DNA from: Chiloscyllium plagiosum
Taxonomy: Eukaryota
DNA: 64,000 nt
NCBI RefSeq assembly: GCF_004010195.1
Contig: NC_057720.1
Location: 7,367,117-7,431,116 of the forward strand
Direction of reading: 5' to 3'
Part shown: piece after piece, positions 47,780-59,372 of the stretch
Layout of the letters: every line of letters starts with the position of its first letter
How positions within the stretch are numbered: the stretch's first letter is position 1
Translations under genes and position numbers: made by a program
The notes under the pieces: model-generated
Database searches by the model: none
Told to the model about the DNA's origin: nothing
What the model saw: the letters and a program-made list of their open reading frames with translations, nothing else

Positions 47780-47975
47780 AGTCGAAGAGTGTGGTGCTGG
47801 AAAAGCACAACCGGTCAGGCAGCATCTGAGAAACAGGAGAGTCAATGTTTCGAGCATAAGCCCTTCATCGGGAATGAGGCTGTGAGCTTCAATCCTGATG
47901 AAGGGCTCATGCCCGAAACGTTGATTCTCCTGCTCCTCGGATGCTGCCTGACCTGCTGTGCTTTTCCAGCACCAT
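47780..47975. mobile_element. PLE-derived family P1 inverted pair
   Basis: Opposed aagcccttcatcggg / cctgatgaagggct arms. Confidence 0.9.
47891..47926 (+). ncRNA. Minimal hammerhead ribozyme motif (P1)
   Basis: AAUC-CUGAUGA-A-GGGC(UCAU)GCCC-GAA-ACGU-U-GAUU; perfect 4-bp stem I and intact core. Confidence 0.8.
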
Positions 47976-48189
47976 ATCAGTCTCATCAATCTATACTGTC
48001 AAGATGAGACCTTTCCTGACGTCTGTGCTCCAGACGGGTCTGACCAAAGACCAACGTCTTGATGATGCGCAGCTTCTTTCCCTATGCATCCCAGTCCTCT
48101 TAAACTGAACACTAATGTTCCACTTTTCTTTTTATTCCCTCTCCCCAGACTCAGGCGTCACTGGCGAGGCCAGCATTTATTGCCCAAAA

Positions 48190-48730
48190 TTCACATCTCC
48201 GGCCGTAGTTTGCACTCGAGACACATGCCAGTCCAAAGTGGCAGCAGTGTACCATCTGTAAAGCTGCACTGCCATGACATCCAAGGCTTGTTTTCGATAA
48301 CGCTTTTCAAACCGAGAAGGACAAGGGCAGCAGATGTACAGGGATGTCACCATGTGCAAGTTCCCCTCCAAGCTCCTCACCAGCCTGACCTGGAGTCAAG
48401 ATTAGAGTGGTGCTGGAAAAGCACAGCAGGTCAGGCAACATCCAAGGAACAGGAAAATTGACATTTCGGACAAAAGCCCTTCATCAGGAATAATCTTGAC
48501 TCTGAGATCCAGCAGCTGCAGACCTCACTTTCACCAACCTGACCTGGAGGTCTATCCCTCCCTCACTGTAGCTGGGTAAATGCCCTGCAACTCTCTGCAT
48601 TGTTGATGTCCCTACACCACATGGACTACACCGTTCAAGGACAGAGCTTATCATCAGCTTGTCAGCAGCAATTTAGGGATTGCCAATACATGCTGTCCCA
48701 ACTAGTGATACTCACACATCAAGACAGTTA
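48190..48730 (+). mobile_element. LINE family 2 3' end with nested P1 element (48396-48531)
   Basis: agaaggacaagggcagcagat...caagttcccctccaag; P1 TSD caccagcctgacctggag / caccaacctgacctggag. Confidence 0.8.
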
Positions 48731-48734
48731 TATA

Positions 48735-50110
48735 AGAGTTTTCTTAGACCTAAACTGGAGAACTGTGTACAGTTCTCGGTGCCATATTATAGCAGGAATG
48801 TGAACACATCGGAGAGAATGCAGAAGCACTTTACAAGAACGGTTCCACAGATGAGGAACTTTAGAATCTCTACAGTGCGGAAGCAGGTCATTCAGCCCAC
48901 TGGGTCCAGACCAATGCTCTGAAGACCAATGCTTCCAGACCCACCCCCTTGGACCACATTTGGAATATTGTGTCCAGTTCTGGTCACCTCATTATAGGAA
49001 AGATATAGATGCTTTAGAGAGGGTGCAGACGAGATTTATCAGGATGCTGTCTGGAATGGCAGGCTTGTCTTATGGACAGTGATTGAGTGAGCTAGGGCTT
49101 TTCACTCTGGTGAGGAGGAAGAAGAGAGGTCACTTGATAAAGGTGTACAAGGTAATGAGAGATATAGATAGAGTAGCTAGCCAGAGACTTTTCCCCAGGG
49201 CAGAAATGGCTGTCATGACGGGTCATAATTTTAAGGTGACTGCAGGAAGGTTTAGGGGAGATGTCAGAAGTAGGTTCTTTACGCAGAGAGTGATGGGCGT
49301 GTGGAATACATTGCCAGTGGTGGTGGTAGAGTCAGAGACATTAGTGACATTTAAGCGACTGCTGGACAAGCACATGGACGGCGTGAAATTGAGGGGTGTG
49401 TAGGTTAGGTTGATTTTAGATTAAGATAAATGCTCGTCACAACATTGTGGGCTGAAGGGCCTGTACTGTTCTATGTTCTCTTCCTGTAACCCTGCATTTC
49501 TTGACCAATCCATCTAATCTGCACATCTTTGGACTGTGGAAGAAAACTGTAGCACCCAGAGGGTACCCGTACAGATGCGGGGAGTACGTGCAAACTCCAC
49601 ACAGACAGTCGCCCAAGGGTGGAATCAAACCCAGGTCCCTAGTATTGTGAGGTGGCAGTGCCAACCACTGAGCCCATGGCTTGTTACAAGGACACATTGA
49701 AGAAGTTGGGACTATTCTCCTTGGAGCGAAGAAGGCTGAGGGCAGTCAGTTGGAGGTTTTCAAAATCACGAGCAGTGGTTAGATAGTGTAGACAGGGAGA
49801 AACTGTTCCCACTTGTAAAAGGAACACGATTGTGGGGACATGGATTGAGAGTGATCTGCAAAAGAAGCAAGGGTGAAGGGGGGAGAAACAGACTCACCCA
49901 GACAATGATTAGGGTACAGAATGTACAGTCTGGCAATGTGATGGAGGCAGGTTCAACAGAGGTATCCAAGAGGCAATTGGATGATTAGATGATGAAAATA
50001 ACATGCAAGGGCACAGGGGAAAGGCAGGAAATTGGCACTCGGTAATGATGCTCATTTAGCAAGTCGGTGCAGCGCGATAGGCTGAGCATCCTCTGCATCC
50101 AAACAATTCC
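48735..50110 (+). mobile_element. Old CR1 containing HE1 (minus, 48858-49676) containing a younger CR1 (plus, 48950-49478)
   Basis: Outer RPKLENCVQFSVPYY resumes at about 49690; inner LGLFTLVRRKKRGHLIKVYK...WNTLP. Confidence 0.85.
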
Positions 50111-50187
50111 GTGATGCTCTCTTATTCTATTGGCTGATCTTAGTTAAAGTGAGCTATAAGGAAGTCAGCATGAGGTGGCGTTAGTAT

Positions 50188-50472
50188 GGGGTGGCACAGT
50201 GGCTCAGTGGTTAGCATTACTGCCTCACAGCACCAGGAGCCCAGGTTCAATTCCAGCCTCGGGCAACTGTCAGTGTGGAGTTTGCACACTTTCCTCGTGT
50301 CTGAGTGGGTTTCCTTTCACAATCCAAAGATGTGCTGGTCAGGTGAATTGGCCGTGTTAAATAGCCCATAGAGTTAGGTGCATTAGTCAGGGATCTGGGT
50401 GGGTTACTCTTCAGAGGGTTGGTGTGGACTTCTTGGGCTGAAGGGCCTGCTTCCATGCTGTTGGGAATCTAA
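50188..50472 (+). mobile_element. HE1 V-SINE
   Basis: gggtggcacagtggctcagtggttagc head, V domain, tail. Confidence 0.9.
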
Positions 50473-51404
50473 CTACACAAGTAAATAGAATACAGCAGTG
50501 ATAGGACATGAGCTTACCTCTGGGACACCAGTGCAGAAGAGAGTTCCACCTCACATGTCAAAGATAATAAGAACAGCAGTCAGCCCTTCAGTGCCCTCTG
50601 AGGCTGGCCTGTTATTTAATGACGTCATTGTTAATGTCTGTCTCAACTCCATCCACCCGCCTTGGAAATGATAGCAGCTCGTGCAAATAAAAATCAATCT
50701 CAACTTTAACATTTTTAACCGAGCTTGCTTTTGCTAATTTGAGGGAACGCTTTCCATTCTTTGGGGTACTGCTCTCGACATTGACTTTGCCGATGGTCTC
50801 GGTGCACCGAAAAGTAAACATGAACAGCAGCAAACATAAAATGCTTCCTCCCGCCCTGACCAGAAAGCACCATCTGACAAACACAGACCTCACCCTGACC
50901 GTGACAGCTCATTAATTTATTATAAGATGACGCAAAGACAATTGGAGCTAACAGGGGTGGGGCACAGCAGAAATGTCACAGCCCACCATGCTATTGAAAA
51001 GTTCGTCAAATGACCCAAGATATCCCATTTTAACACGATGTCACTCTGGTTGAAAAATGAGCAGGAGATTGAATCCCCTGGGGGTTCAAGCTACGAAAAC
51101 CTACAGCTGGTGAGCTTCTCCAAAAGTGCGTCAGGCAAGACTTGCATTCGGATAGCATCTTCCCTGACCCTTACACATTCCGAAATGCATGAATGGCAAT
51201 GAAACACTAGGAAGCATAGTCACCCATTGTATCGCAGGAAGGGAATGGGGGAAATATCTTAAATCTTTTCATCATTGGATTCCCTAAACAGGCCACCATT
51301 TATTGACCATCACATTTAATGCCTTGGAGAAGGTAGTGACAACCTGCCTTCTTGAACTGTTGTAGCTCTTGGGGTGTAGGGATAACCAAAGTGCTGCTAG
51401 GACT

Positions 51405-51875
51405 GGAGGCAATGGCCTAATGGTATTATCGCTGGACTGTTAATCCAGAGACCCTGGTAATGTTCTGGGAGCCGGCGTGTGAATCCCCTCACGGCAGATG
51501 GTGGAATTGGAATTCGAAAAGGAGCTGGAATTAAGGATCTAATGATGAACATGAATCCATTGTCAATTGTTGGAAAAACCCACCTGGTTCACTAATGTTC
51601 TTCAGCGAAGGATTGGAGATGCCATTGTTGAACTGGGGTGTACAGTCTGATGAAGGAGCAGTACTCTGAAAGCTCGTGGTTCTAATTAAACCTGTTGGAC
51701 CATAACCTGGTATTGTGGGATTTTTAACTGTGTCCAGGGAAGGAAACTGCCATCCTTACCTGATCTGGCCTACATGTAACTCCAGACCCACAGCAATGTG
51801 GCTGACTATTAACTGCCTTCTGGGCAATTAGGCATGGGCAATAAATGCTGATGCCCTCATTCCATGAATTATTTC
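51405..51875 (+). mobile_element. SINE family B with nested P2 element (about 51612-51735)
   Basis: ggaggcaatggcctaatggtattatcgctggact head; ctgatgaaggagcagtactctgaaagctcgtg in the insert. Confidence 0.88.
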
Positions 51876-51884
51876 TTAAAAACC

Positions 51885-52130
51885 CAGAATTTTGACCCAG
51901 TGAGATTACATAAATGGGAATACATTTCCAAGTCAGGATGGTGAGTGGCTCGGAGGAGCACTTGCAGCAGGGAGTGGGGTTCCCATGTATCTGCTGCCCT
52001 TGTCCTTCTAGATGGACGTGGTCTTGGGATTGGAAGGTGCTGTCAAAGAAATCTGATAAAATTGTTGCACTCCACCTTGTGGATGGTGCACGTGGCTGCT
52101 CCTGAGTGTTGTTGATAAAGGGAGTGAATG
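51885..52130 (-). mobile_element. LINE family 2 fragment
   Basis: atttccaagtcaggatgg...atctgctgcccttgtccttctagatgg. Confidence 0.8.
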
Positions 52131-52134
52131 ATGT

Positions 52135-52930
52135 TTTATTCATTCCCGGGATAGGGCACAGCCACTAGGCCATTGTTTATTGCCCATTCCTAGTTGCTCA
52201 GAGGGCAGTTAAGAGTCAACCCCATTGCTGTGGGCCTGGAGTCACCTGTAGGCCAGACCACATAAAGACGACAGTCTCCTTCCCTCGAGGACATCAATAA
52301 ACGAGATGGAAAATAAAAACAGAAATTACTAGCAAAATTCAGCAGCAGGTCTTGCCACATCCGTGAGGAGAAATCAAAGTTAACATTTTGAGTCTATCTT
52401 TCTTCAGAATTGTTCACTCGGATTTCTGTCCACAGATGCAGAGATTTTCCAGTAAGTTCTGTTTTTGATTTTCAGCATTCACATTGCTTATGGGTTTTTG
52501 TTCAGAGAACCAGAGTGAAGAGTGAATTCATGGTTATCATTAGACTCTTAATTCCAGATTTCCAATGAATTCAAATTCCACCATCTGCCGCTGCAGGATT
52601 TGAATCCTGTCCCCCAGAACATTACCTGGGTTTCTGGATTAACACCTTCTCACCTATCTGCTACACCCTCCTCACCGACCTATCACCTTTACCCCCCCCC
52701 CACCTCCATCCACCTATTGCACTCTCAACTACCTTGTCCCCAGCCCCACCCCATCCCATTTATCTCTCCACCCCCAAGGCTCCCAGCCTCATTCTTGGTG
52801 AAGGGCTACAGCCCGAAACATCGATTTTCCTGCTCCTCAGATGCTGCCTGACCTGCTGTACTTTTCCAGCAACGCCCTCTCACTTCTGGATTAACAGTCC
52901 AATGACCATACCGCTGGGTCATCATCTCCC
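52135..52930 (-). mobile_element. SINE family B containing a P3 pair (about 52310-52500) and a PLE/P1 3' piece (about 52645-52885)
   Basis: ttctggattaaca duplicated around the P1 piece; its CT-rich segment resembles 3330-3480. Confidence 0.8.
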
Positions 52931-53204
52931 CTCATTGAAGGTAGATGGTGAGGCAAGTGCCAATCAAGCAAGGGTTCAATTTTCCACTTCATCCATGTTC
53001 CATCAAAAAAAAATTGGGACAAGATGGGTTGGAAGGATCACCACACATAAAGATCCAAGTAGAAGATGCTAGTTCCAGGAAGGACACCATGGAGTGCATG
53101 CCCCACTTCCACTGATTGAGATTCTGAAGGACCAATGTAGACAGTCAGCTTGAGAACACTCCGTGGGAGACATCAGCACCATCCTGTGGATAGTCGAGTC
53201 AATT

Positions 53205-53500
53205 TGGGCAAGTCAGTGGTTCAGTGGTAATGCCACTGGATTAGTAATCCAGACTGCTAGGCCAACGTTCTTGGGATATGTTGGTTCAAACCCCACCAGT
53301 TCAAAGAGCTGTCAACACTGTTTGTTGTAAAATCCCATCTGGTTCGTAATGCTATTAAGGACAGAAATCTACCATTCTTATGTGGTCTGGCCTAAGTGAC
53401 TCCAGACCCATAACAATGTGGTTGACTTTTAACTGCCCTCTGGCCAGGATGGGCAATAAATACTTGACAGTGGAGCCCATATCCCATCAAGAGATAAAAG
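53205..53500 (+). mobile_element. SINE family B
   Basis: cagtggtaat head, ggttcaaacccc, gactccagaccca, gggcaataaa. Confidence 0.8.
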
Positions 53501-53984
53501 AAGTCCCCAGGATTGATCAGGAACTAAAGATTAACCTCCAGAAGCAACTTTGAAGGAAGGTAAAAATGATGTGGAGTTTCTTTGCACTTTCACTGATTAC
53601 TTTGGGGAACACAAAATGCCTACTGGGAGATGGAAGGAAAAGGTAGTTTGACTGACACTGAGTTACAGAAATAGTGAACTCGTTTGCCTCCCAACAGACT
53701 GTGGGGAAAGGTGGTTTATTATTTATTCAGCAAATTGGTGAGAGGTGGTGGGAGCACAGGGATCAGGAAGAATGGCTATTAGCATGGCGTAACACCCAGG
53801 ATTAAATCCAACAGTGCTGAACCTAGCTGGGGCTAATACAGTTTAACCGACAGCTTACTAAATTATAGCCTTTTCAAATTGCCACTGAAACTGAGGTATA
53901 TCAACACGCACAGAGTCTTATTGGGATTGAACCATAAATTGTTATCCATGTCATTTCTCCAAAATGGGCCAAAAGTTAGATTCA

Positions 53985-54290
53985 TCCTTCCTTTCAACAA
54001 AGGTGTTGTCTACTAGAATGAAGTGGGGAACAGCCTCAAAATAAGGGGGAGCAGATTTGGAACTGAGTTGAGGAGGAAGATCTGTGGAATTCCCCACCCA
54101 GTGACGCAGTTGAGGCTACCTGATTAAGGCAAAGATAGATTGATTTTTGAACAGCAAAGGAATTAAGGGTTATAGTGAGCGGGCGGGTAAGTGGAGCTGA
54201 GTCAATGAAATGTTCTTACTGAATGGTGGAGCTGGCTTGAGGGACCAGATGGCCTACTCCTGCTCCTGTTTGTTCTGTTCCTCTGTTCTT
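53985..54290 (+). mobile_element. CR1 LINE 3' end (second tail type)
   Basis: gaatggtggagctggcttgagggaccagatggcctactcctgctcct. Confidence 0.75.
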
Positions 54291-54999
54291 GTCTGTAGTC
54301 TTTTACCTTCAGACTAGCATTATACAACCCCAATGTATTATGGATATGATGGCCATATCTCACCACTGTTCTCACCAAGATACAATGGAGGTCTGGCCCC
54401 ACTTGCATCAAATGATATAAATCATGAGTGATGGTATGCCCGAGAAAGCAGAACACGAGTCTTTGAGCAGAAGTTGGGAGGCCTACTTGCAACTGGAGCA
54501 ATTATTACAATTAATAGACATAATGGACCACATGACCTCTTTCCAGGCTATAGCCATTCCATGACAATTCTGTTTTGCAATAAAGATTAAATCCTACTAG
54601 ACCATTGCGCTGCCCTCACATTCAAGAGAGAAAGATGACTAGTGGCAGTTTAACCTGAGGCTATGAAGGCGCATCCTTCATTGTAACGTCAGCCAGTGTA
54701 GGAAAGTGACAGTATATTTATGTAAAACTCTAGTTAAATCAGAGTCATTACATCTGAACACCATACCCTAGAAATGATGTGGATATTTTCCAAACCAACC
54801 TGTTCAGAGATGCAATTATATATCTCTGGAGCAGGCAGAACTTGTCCCTAGGCCTCCTAGGTGGGGACACTACCACTACACCACAAGAACCCATCTAGCA
54901 AAATATATATGCTTAGGAGGTAGTACAGTACAAATTCAAGTATTTCACTCAGAAGGACAGGCTTGGCTTGTATTCCCTTGGTTGTAATAATCCAAAGGG

Positions 55000-55527
55000 A
55001 GGTAAATTGGAATACTACTTTCAGTTCTGGTCTTCCTGCTAAAGGAAAGATGTTGTTAAACTTAAAAGGGTTCAGATTTACAAGGATGTTGGCAGGATTG
55101 GAAGGTTTAAGCTACAGGGAGATGCTGAAGAGACTGGGGCTTTTATCCCTGGAACCTCGGAGGCTGAGGGGTGACCTTATAGAGGTTTATAAAATCATAA
55201 GGGGTAATGGATAGAGTAAATAGTCAAGTTCTTTTTTCCCCAGGGTAAGGGAGTCAAAAACTAGAGGGCATAGGTTGAAGGGAAAGTTATCAAATGGACT
55301 TAAGGGACAACGTTTTAACACAGAGGTTGGTGTGTGTGTGTGTGGAATGAGCTGCCAGAGGAAGTGGTGGAGGCTGGTACAATTACAACATTTAAAAGGC
55401 AATTGGATGGGTACATGAATAGGAAGGGTTTGGAGGGACACGGGCCAAGTGCTGGCAAACTAATTTAGGATTCTGGTTGAGATGGATGAGTTGGACCAAA
55501 GGAGCTGTACAACTTTATGACTTATAA
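55000..55527 (+). mobile_element. HER1 LINE 3' end
   Basis: RFTRMLAGLEGLSYREMLKRLGLLSLEPRRLRGDLIEVYK. Confidence 0.92.
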
Positions 55528-56129
55528 GTTGAGATGATCAAGGTAATTGAAGGAGCTGTTTCCCCACTGGTAGGCTGTGCAGCACAAGGAGACTCAACAT
55601 TCAAATCAGACTGAGGCCATTCAGGGATAATGCAGTTCTCAGAACAGTAAGCCATTCAGCCAACCAGAGCTCACACCTCAGGAATGTCTGACATCTCGAG
55701 AGCCACTGCAAGTGTCAAAGTTGAAATTGTTGGGCAAGGAGATGCAAGGTCCACAGAACTATAACCTCGCTATCGAGATACAGTATTGATCAACAAATGT
55801 TCACGTAAACCGCAGGGTAGGTTTGAACAGCTGACGAGCTGACCCCAGCTCGTATCAGTCCTCACAAGGAGTTTAAGCAGAGTTTAAGTTCCAGATTAAC
55901 AGTGAAAGAGAATCATGAAAAATAAAGTGACACAGTCACCAGTCACAGTGATTGGAGTCTGAGTCCAGGTGGCTTTGGCAACATTTTATTTCATCGCACC
56001 TCAAAAAGATAATTTGAAGTAGATGAAACACTTCGAGACATTTCAAAGAGACACAACAAGACACTACAGAAATGCAAGTGTTGGACAGAGATAACCCTAC
56101 AAGTCTGAGTAAGGCAAATCAGAGAGGTG

Positions 56130-56258
56130 GAGAAAGTGAGGTCTGCAGATGCTGGAGATCAGAGCTGAAAATGTGTTGCTGGAAAAGCGCAGCAGGTCAG
56201 GCAGCATCCAGGGAACAGGAGAATCGACGTTTCGGGCATAAGCCCTTCTTCAGGAATC
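56130..56258 (-). mobile_element. PLE-derived family P1, young single copy
   Basis: Nearly identical to the reverse complement of 5085-5211; flanks a-agaggtgg resemble a TSD. Confidence 0.92.
56221..56258 (-). ncRNA. Minimal hammerhead ribozyme motif (P1), best preserved copy
   Basis: GAUUC-CUGAAGA-A-GGGC(UUAU)GCCC-GAA-ACGU-C-GAUUC; canonical GUC triplet with C at 56226. Confidence 0.85.
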
Positions 56259-56534
56259 ATAGAGGTGGTAAATGAATTGCTTCAATCTCCTTGATGGATG
56301 CACGAAACTGATCTTTTAGTCTGTGACTGTAGCGTTTATTTCCCCACCAACCACACCCCCCATATCATTTTCCTTCAAAGTTACACCAAGTTATTATTAC
56401 TTATGCAATAGTTATTACACAGAAGAACAGCAAGCAGTGTTGGAAAGGTACATTTACAGAAGTTATTTGCCACAGCCCCATTTTAGATGTCAGCCCCAAT
56501 GATTGACAATGTCAAATATTGCTTTTTGTTTGAT

Positions 56535-56895
56535 AAGGGGAGATGGCTGAGGAGTAGCTATCCAGAGGCTCAAGCTAATGCATTGCAGATATGGGTTCAA
56601 ATCTCACCACGGGCAGCTGGTAGAATTTGAAATTGAGTTCATCTATCTGGAATACGAAAGCTTCATCGTCGGCCACAGTGACCAAGCCAAGTGTCGTCAA
56701 CTGTTGCAAAAGTTTATCTTGTTCGTAAATGTATTTCAAAAACAGTCATTCGTAACAAAAGTCTAGCCTCACGTGACTCCAGACCCATAGATTCTTCACT
56801 GCCCTCAGAAACATTGCTCGCGAGGCCCTTTGTTTAAGCTCAACCAAGGAAGGGCAACTGTGACACCCACACCCCATGAAAGAATGAAGGAAAAT
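56535..56895 (+). mobile_element. SINE family B (diverged)
   Basis: gggttcaaatctcacc, gtgactccagaccca, cccatgaaagaatgaa tail. Confidence 0.7.
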
Positions 56896-56919
56896 AAAGC
56901 AACTTGGCCCAACTAAATA

Positions 56920-57055
56920 AAAACTAAAAGAACTGCGGATGCTGTCAATCAGAAACCAAAACAGAAATTGCTGGATAAACTCAGCAGGTCTGGCAGCATA
57001 CTCTCCACAGATGCTGCCAGACCTGCTGAACTTAGCTAGCAATTTCTGGTTTTGT
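56920..57055. mobile_element. PLE-derived family P3 inverted pair, centre deleted
   Basis: ctcagcaggtctggcagcat / atgctgccagacctgctga; flanks ttggccc..taaata duplicated. Confidence 0.8.
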
Positions 57056-57220
57056 TGGCCCGGTTAAATATGTGAACCGAGCGCGACAAACATTCTCTCC
57101 AGTGATCAGCACTGAGGCTCAGCTTTTACTGACTCTGGTCTGAAGTGTTGCTGGAGAAACGTCATGGTCATCAGGATTTCTGCAGCTCTTCCACAACCCG
57201 GTGGTAAAATTCCTGATAAA

Positions 57221-57353
57221 AGCAAATTACTGCGGATACTGGAATCTGAAACCAAAAGAGAAAATGCTGGAAAATCTCAGCAGGTCTGGCAGCATCTGTA
57301 AGGAGAGAAAAGAGCTGACGTTTCGAGTCTAACTGACCCTTTGTCAGTTAGAC
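57221..57353 (-). mobile_element. PLE-derived family P3, young, with variant hammerhead
   Basis: Minus strand (c)UGACAA-A-GGGUC(AGUUA)GACUC-GAA-ACGU-C-AGC. Confidence 0.8.
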
Positions 57354-58139
57354 CATTTAAAAGGCAATTGGATGGGTACATGTTAGACCAGAAGTAGACC
57401 ATTCAGCCCATCGGATCTGATCTGCCATTCAATGTGGTCATGGCTGATCTGCTAATCTTCAACTTCACTCTCCCCTGCCTCTTCCCCATAACCCGTGATT
57501 CCCTTTCTGATTAAAAAAAAAACTATCTCAACCTTGAATATACTTAACACATAAAGAGGCATATGAGGACATATTGGCAAAAATGTCAAATAACTTAATC
57601 AACAAAGTAGAGTTTTAGGGAACAACAGAGAGCGAAATAGGGAAGTCTTGGGAAAGGATTCCATGACTCAGAAAGGATGGAATGTCCCAGACTACAGCGA
57701 TCCCCTTTCTATTCCGATCACTGTACCAGCCTGATGACCACACACGGCTCAGGAAAGTCACTTTCAGGTGGGGAAAGATGGAAATCAGTCTCGTACTCCT
57801 GTCGGAACCCATTCCGTGGACTTTATCTTGAGTACAATTGGTGTAACACATTCAGATAGTGCTAAATACAAACCAGCCACGTCAGTGCAATACAGTCTCA
57901 ATCAGCCAAACTTGCATCAAAGATCAGGGAATTGCAAATGAACGTCACACTAAGCACTCCTCCTGGACCACCTTATGCCTTATCCTCTGCAAGATTTGCC
58001 CCAGATCAGGCCCTGCCCCCACACCAAGGTCAAAATCGCAAAGATTCACCAATATTGCTGGTACAAGGGGGCTTGGCAAAAATATACCCATTTTATGCAG
58101 TCTTGGGGACTAGTCAACAGGTTCTAAAAGTTTAAATCA

Positions 58140-59372
58140 AAAAGGTCTAACCATCATCCCTTGACATTAATGGCATGACTGTCACTGAATGCCCCACAAT
58201 CAACACCCTCAACGTTATCACTGCCAAACTTGAACTGGACAAGCCACACATATATTGTAACCAAAAGAGCACACCAGACGACAGTAATTCAATGATGAGT
58301 AACTGACCTCCAGTTTCCCCATTGCTGATGTACTCTCTACAAAGGTACAAGTCTAGGAAGAGCGCAGAAAAGACTGATTGGGATACTACCTGGACTGGAA
58401 GGTTTGAGTGATAAGGAGAGGCTGGGGACTTTTTTAACTGGAGCATAGGAGACTGAGGGGGGATCTTTATAAAGGTACATAAAATCATGAGGGGCATGGA
58501 TAAGATAGATAGCCAACAGCCTTTCCCCTTGGTAGGGGAGTCAAAAACTAGAGGGCATCGTTTTAAGGTGAGAGGGGAGTGATACAAAAGGGATCATAGG
58601 GGCAGTGTGCACACTGAGGGTGTTGAGTGTGTGAAAGGCTGTCAGAGGCAGTTATGAAGCGAGTACAGTTTTGTCATTTAAGAAACATTTGGACAGGTAT
58701 ATGGAAGGAATAGGTATGGAGAGACATGGACTAAACACATGCGACTGGGACGAGTTTAATTGTGAAAACTGGGCAGCATGGACAAATGGGCCATGCTGTA
58801 AACCTCTATCACTAAGTCAGAATCATAGAATCACAATCTATCAGATACTCGGTCTATTCTGCCTACACTGGCACATTCAATCGAGCTAGTGATAAAACAT
58901 GATGAATGCTCCCCAATTGCTGAATGGGGGCAGCTCCAACAGCGGTCAAGAAGCTCAACACCATCCAGGTCAAAGCAGCCATCTTGATTGGCACCACTTG
59001 CTCCACCACCGACATGCAATACTACCAGTGTGTACTCTTGATAAGAAAAATTCACCAAAGATTGTTAGAAAGCATCTTCCAAATGCATGACCATTTCCAT
59101 CTAGAAGGACAAGGGCAGTAGATATGTGGGAACCCCCATCACCTGCAAGTTCCCTCCAAGGCACACATCATCCTGACTTGGAAATATATCGCCATTAGTT
59201 CATTGTCACTGAGTCAAAATCCTGCAAGTCCTTTCCTAAGAGCACTACAGCTATCCCTAAAATCGAGTGGAGTGCAATAGTTCAAGAATCAACTCACTGC
59301 CAGGACAATTAGAAATTGGCAATAAATGTGGCTCAAGCCAGTGACACCCTCATCCGGTGTATGAACAAAATA
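58140..59372 (+). mobile_element. CR1/L2-superfamily LINE family 2 3' portion, interrupted by a HER1-like copy (about 58350-58830)
   Basis: MGAAPTAVKKLNTIQVKAAILIG remnant; 3' tail ggcaataaatg...ccagtgacaccctcatcc shared with SINE family B. Confidence 0.8.
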
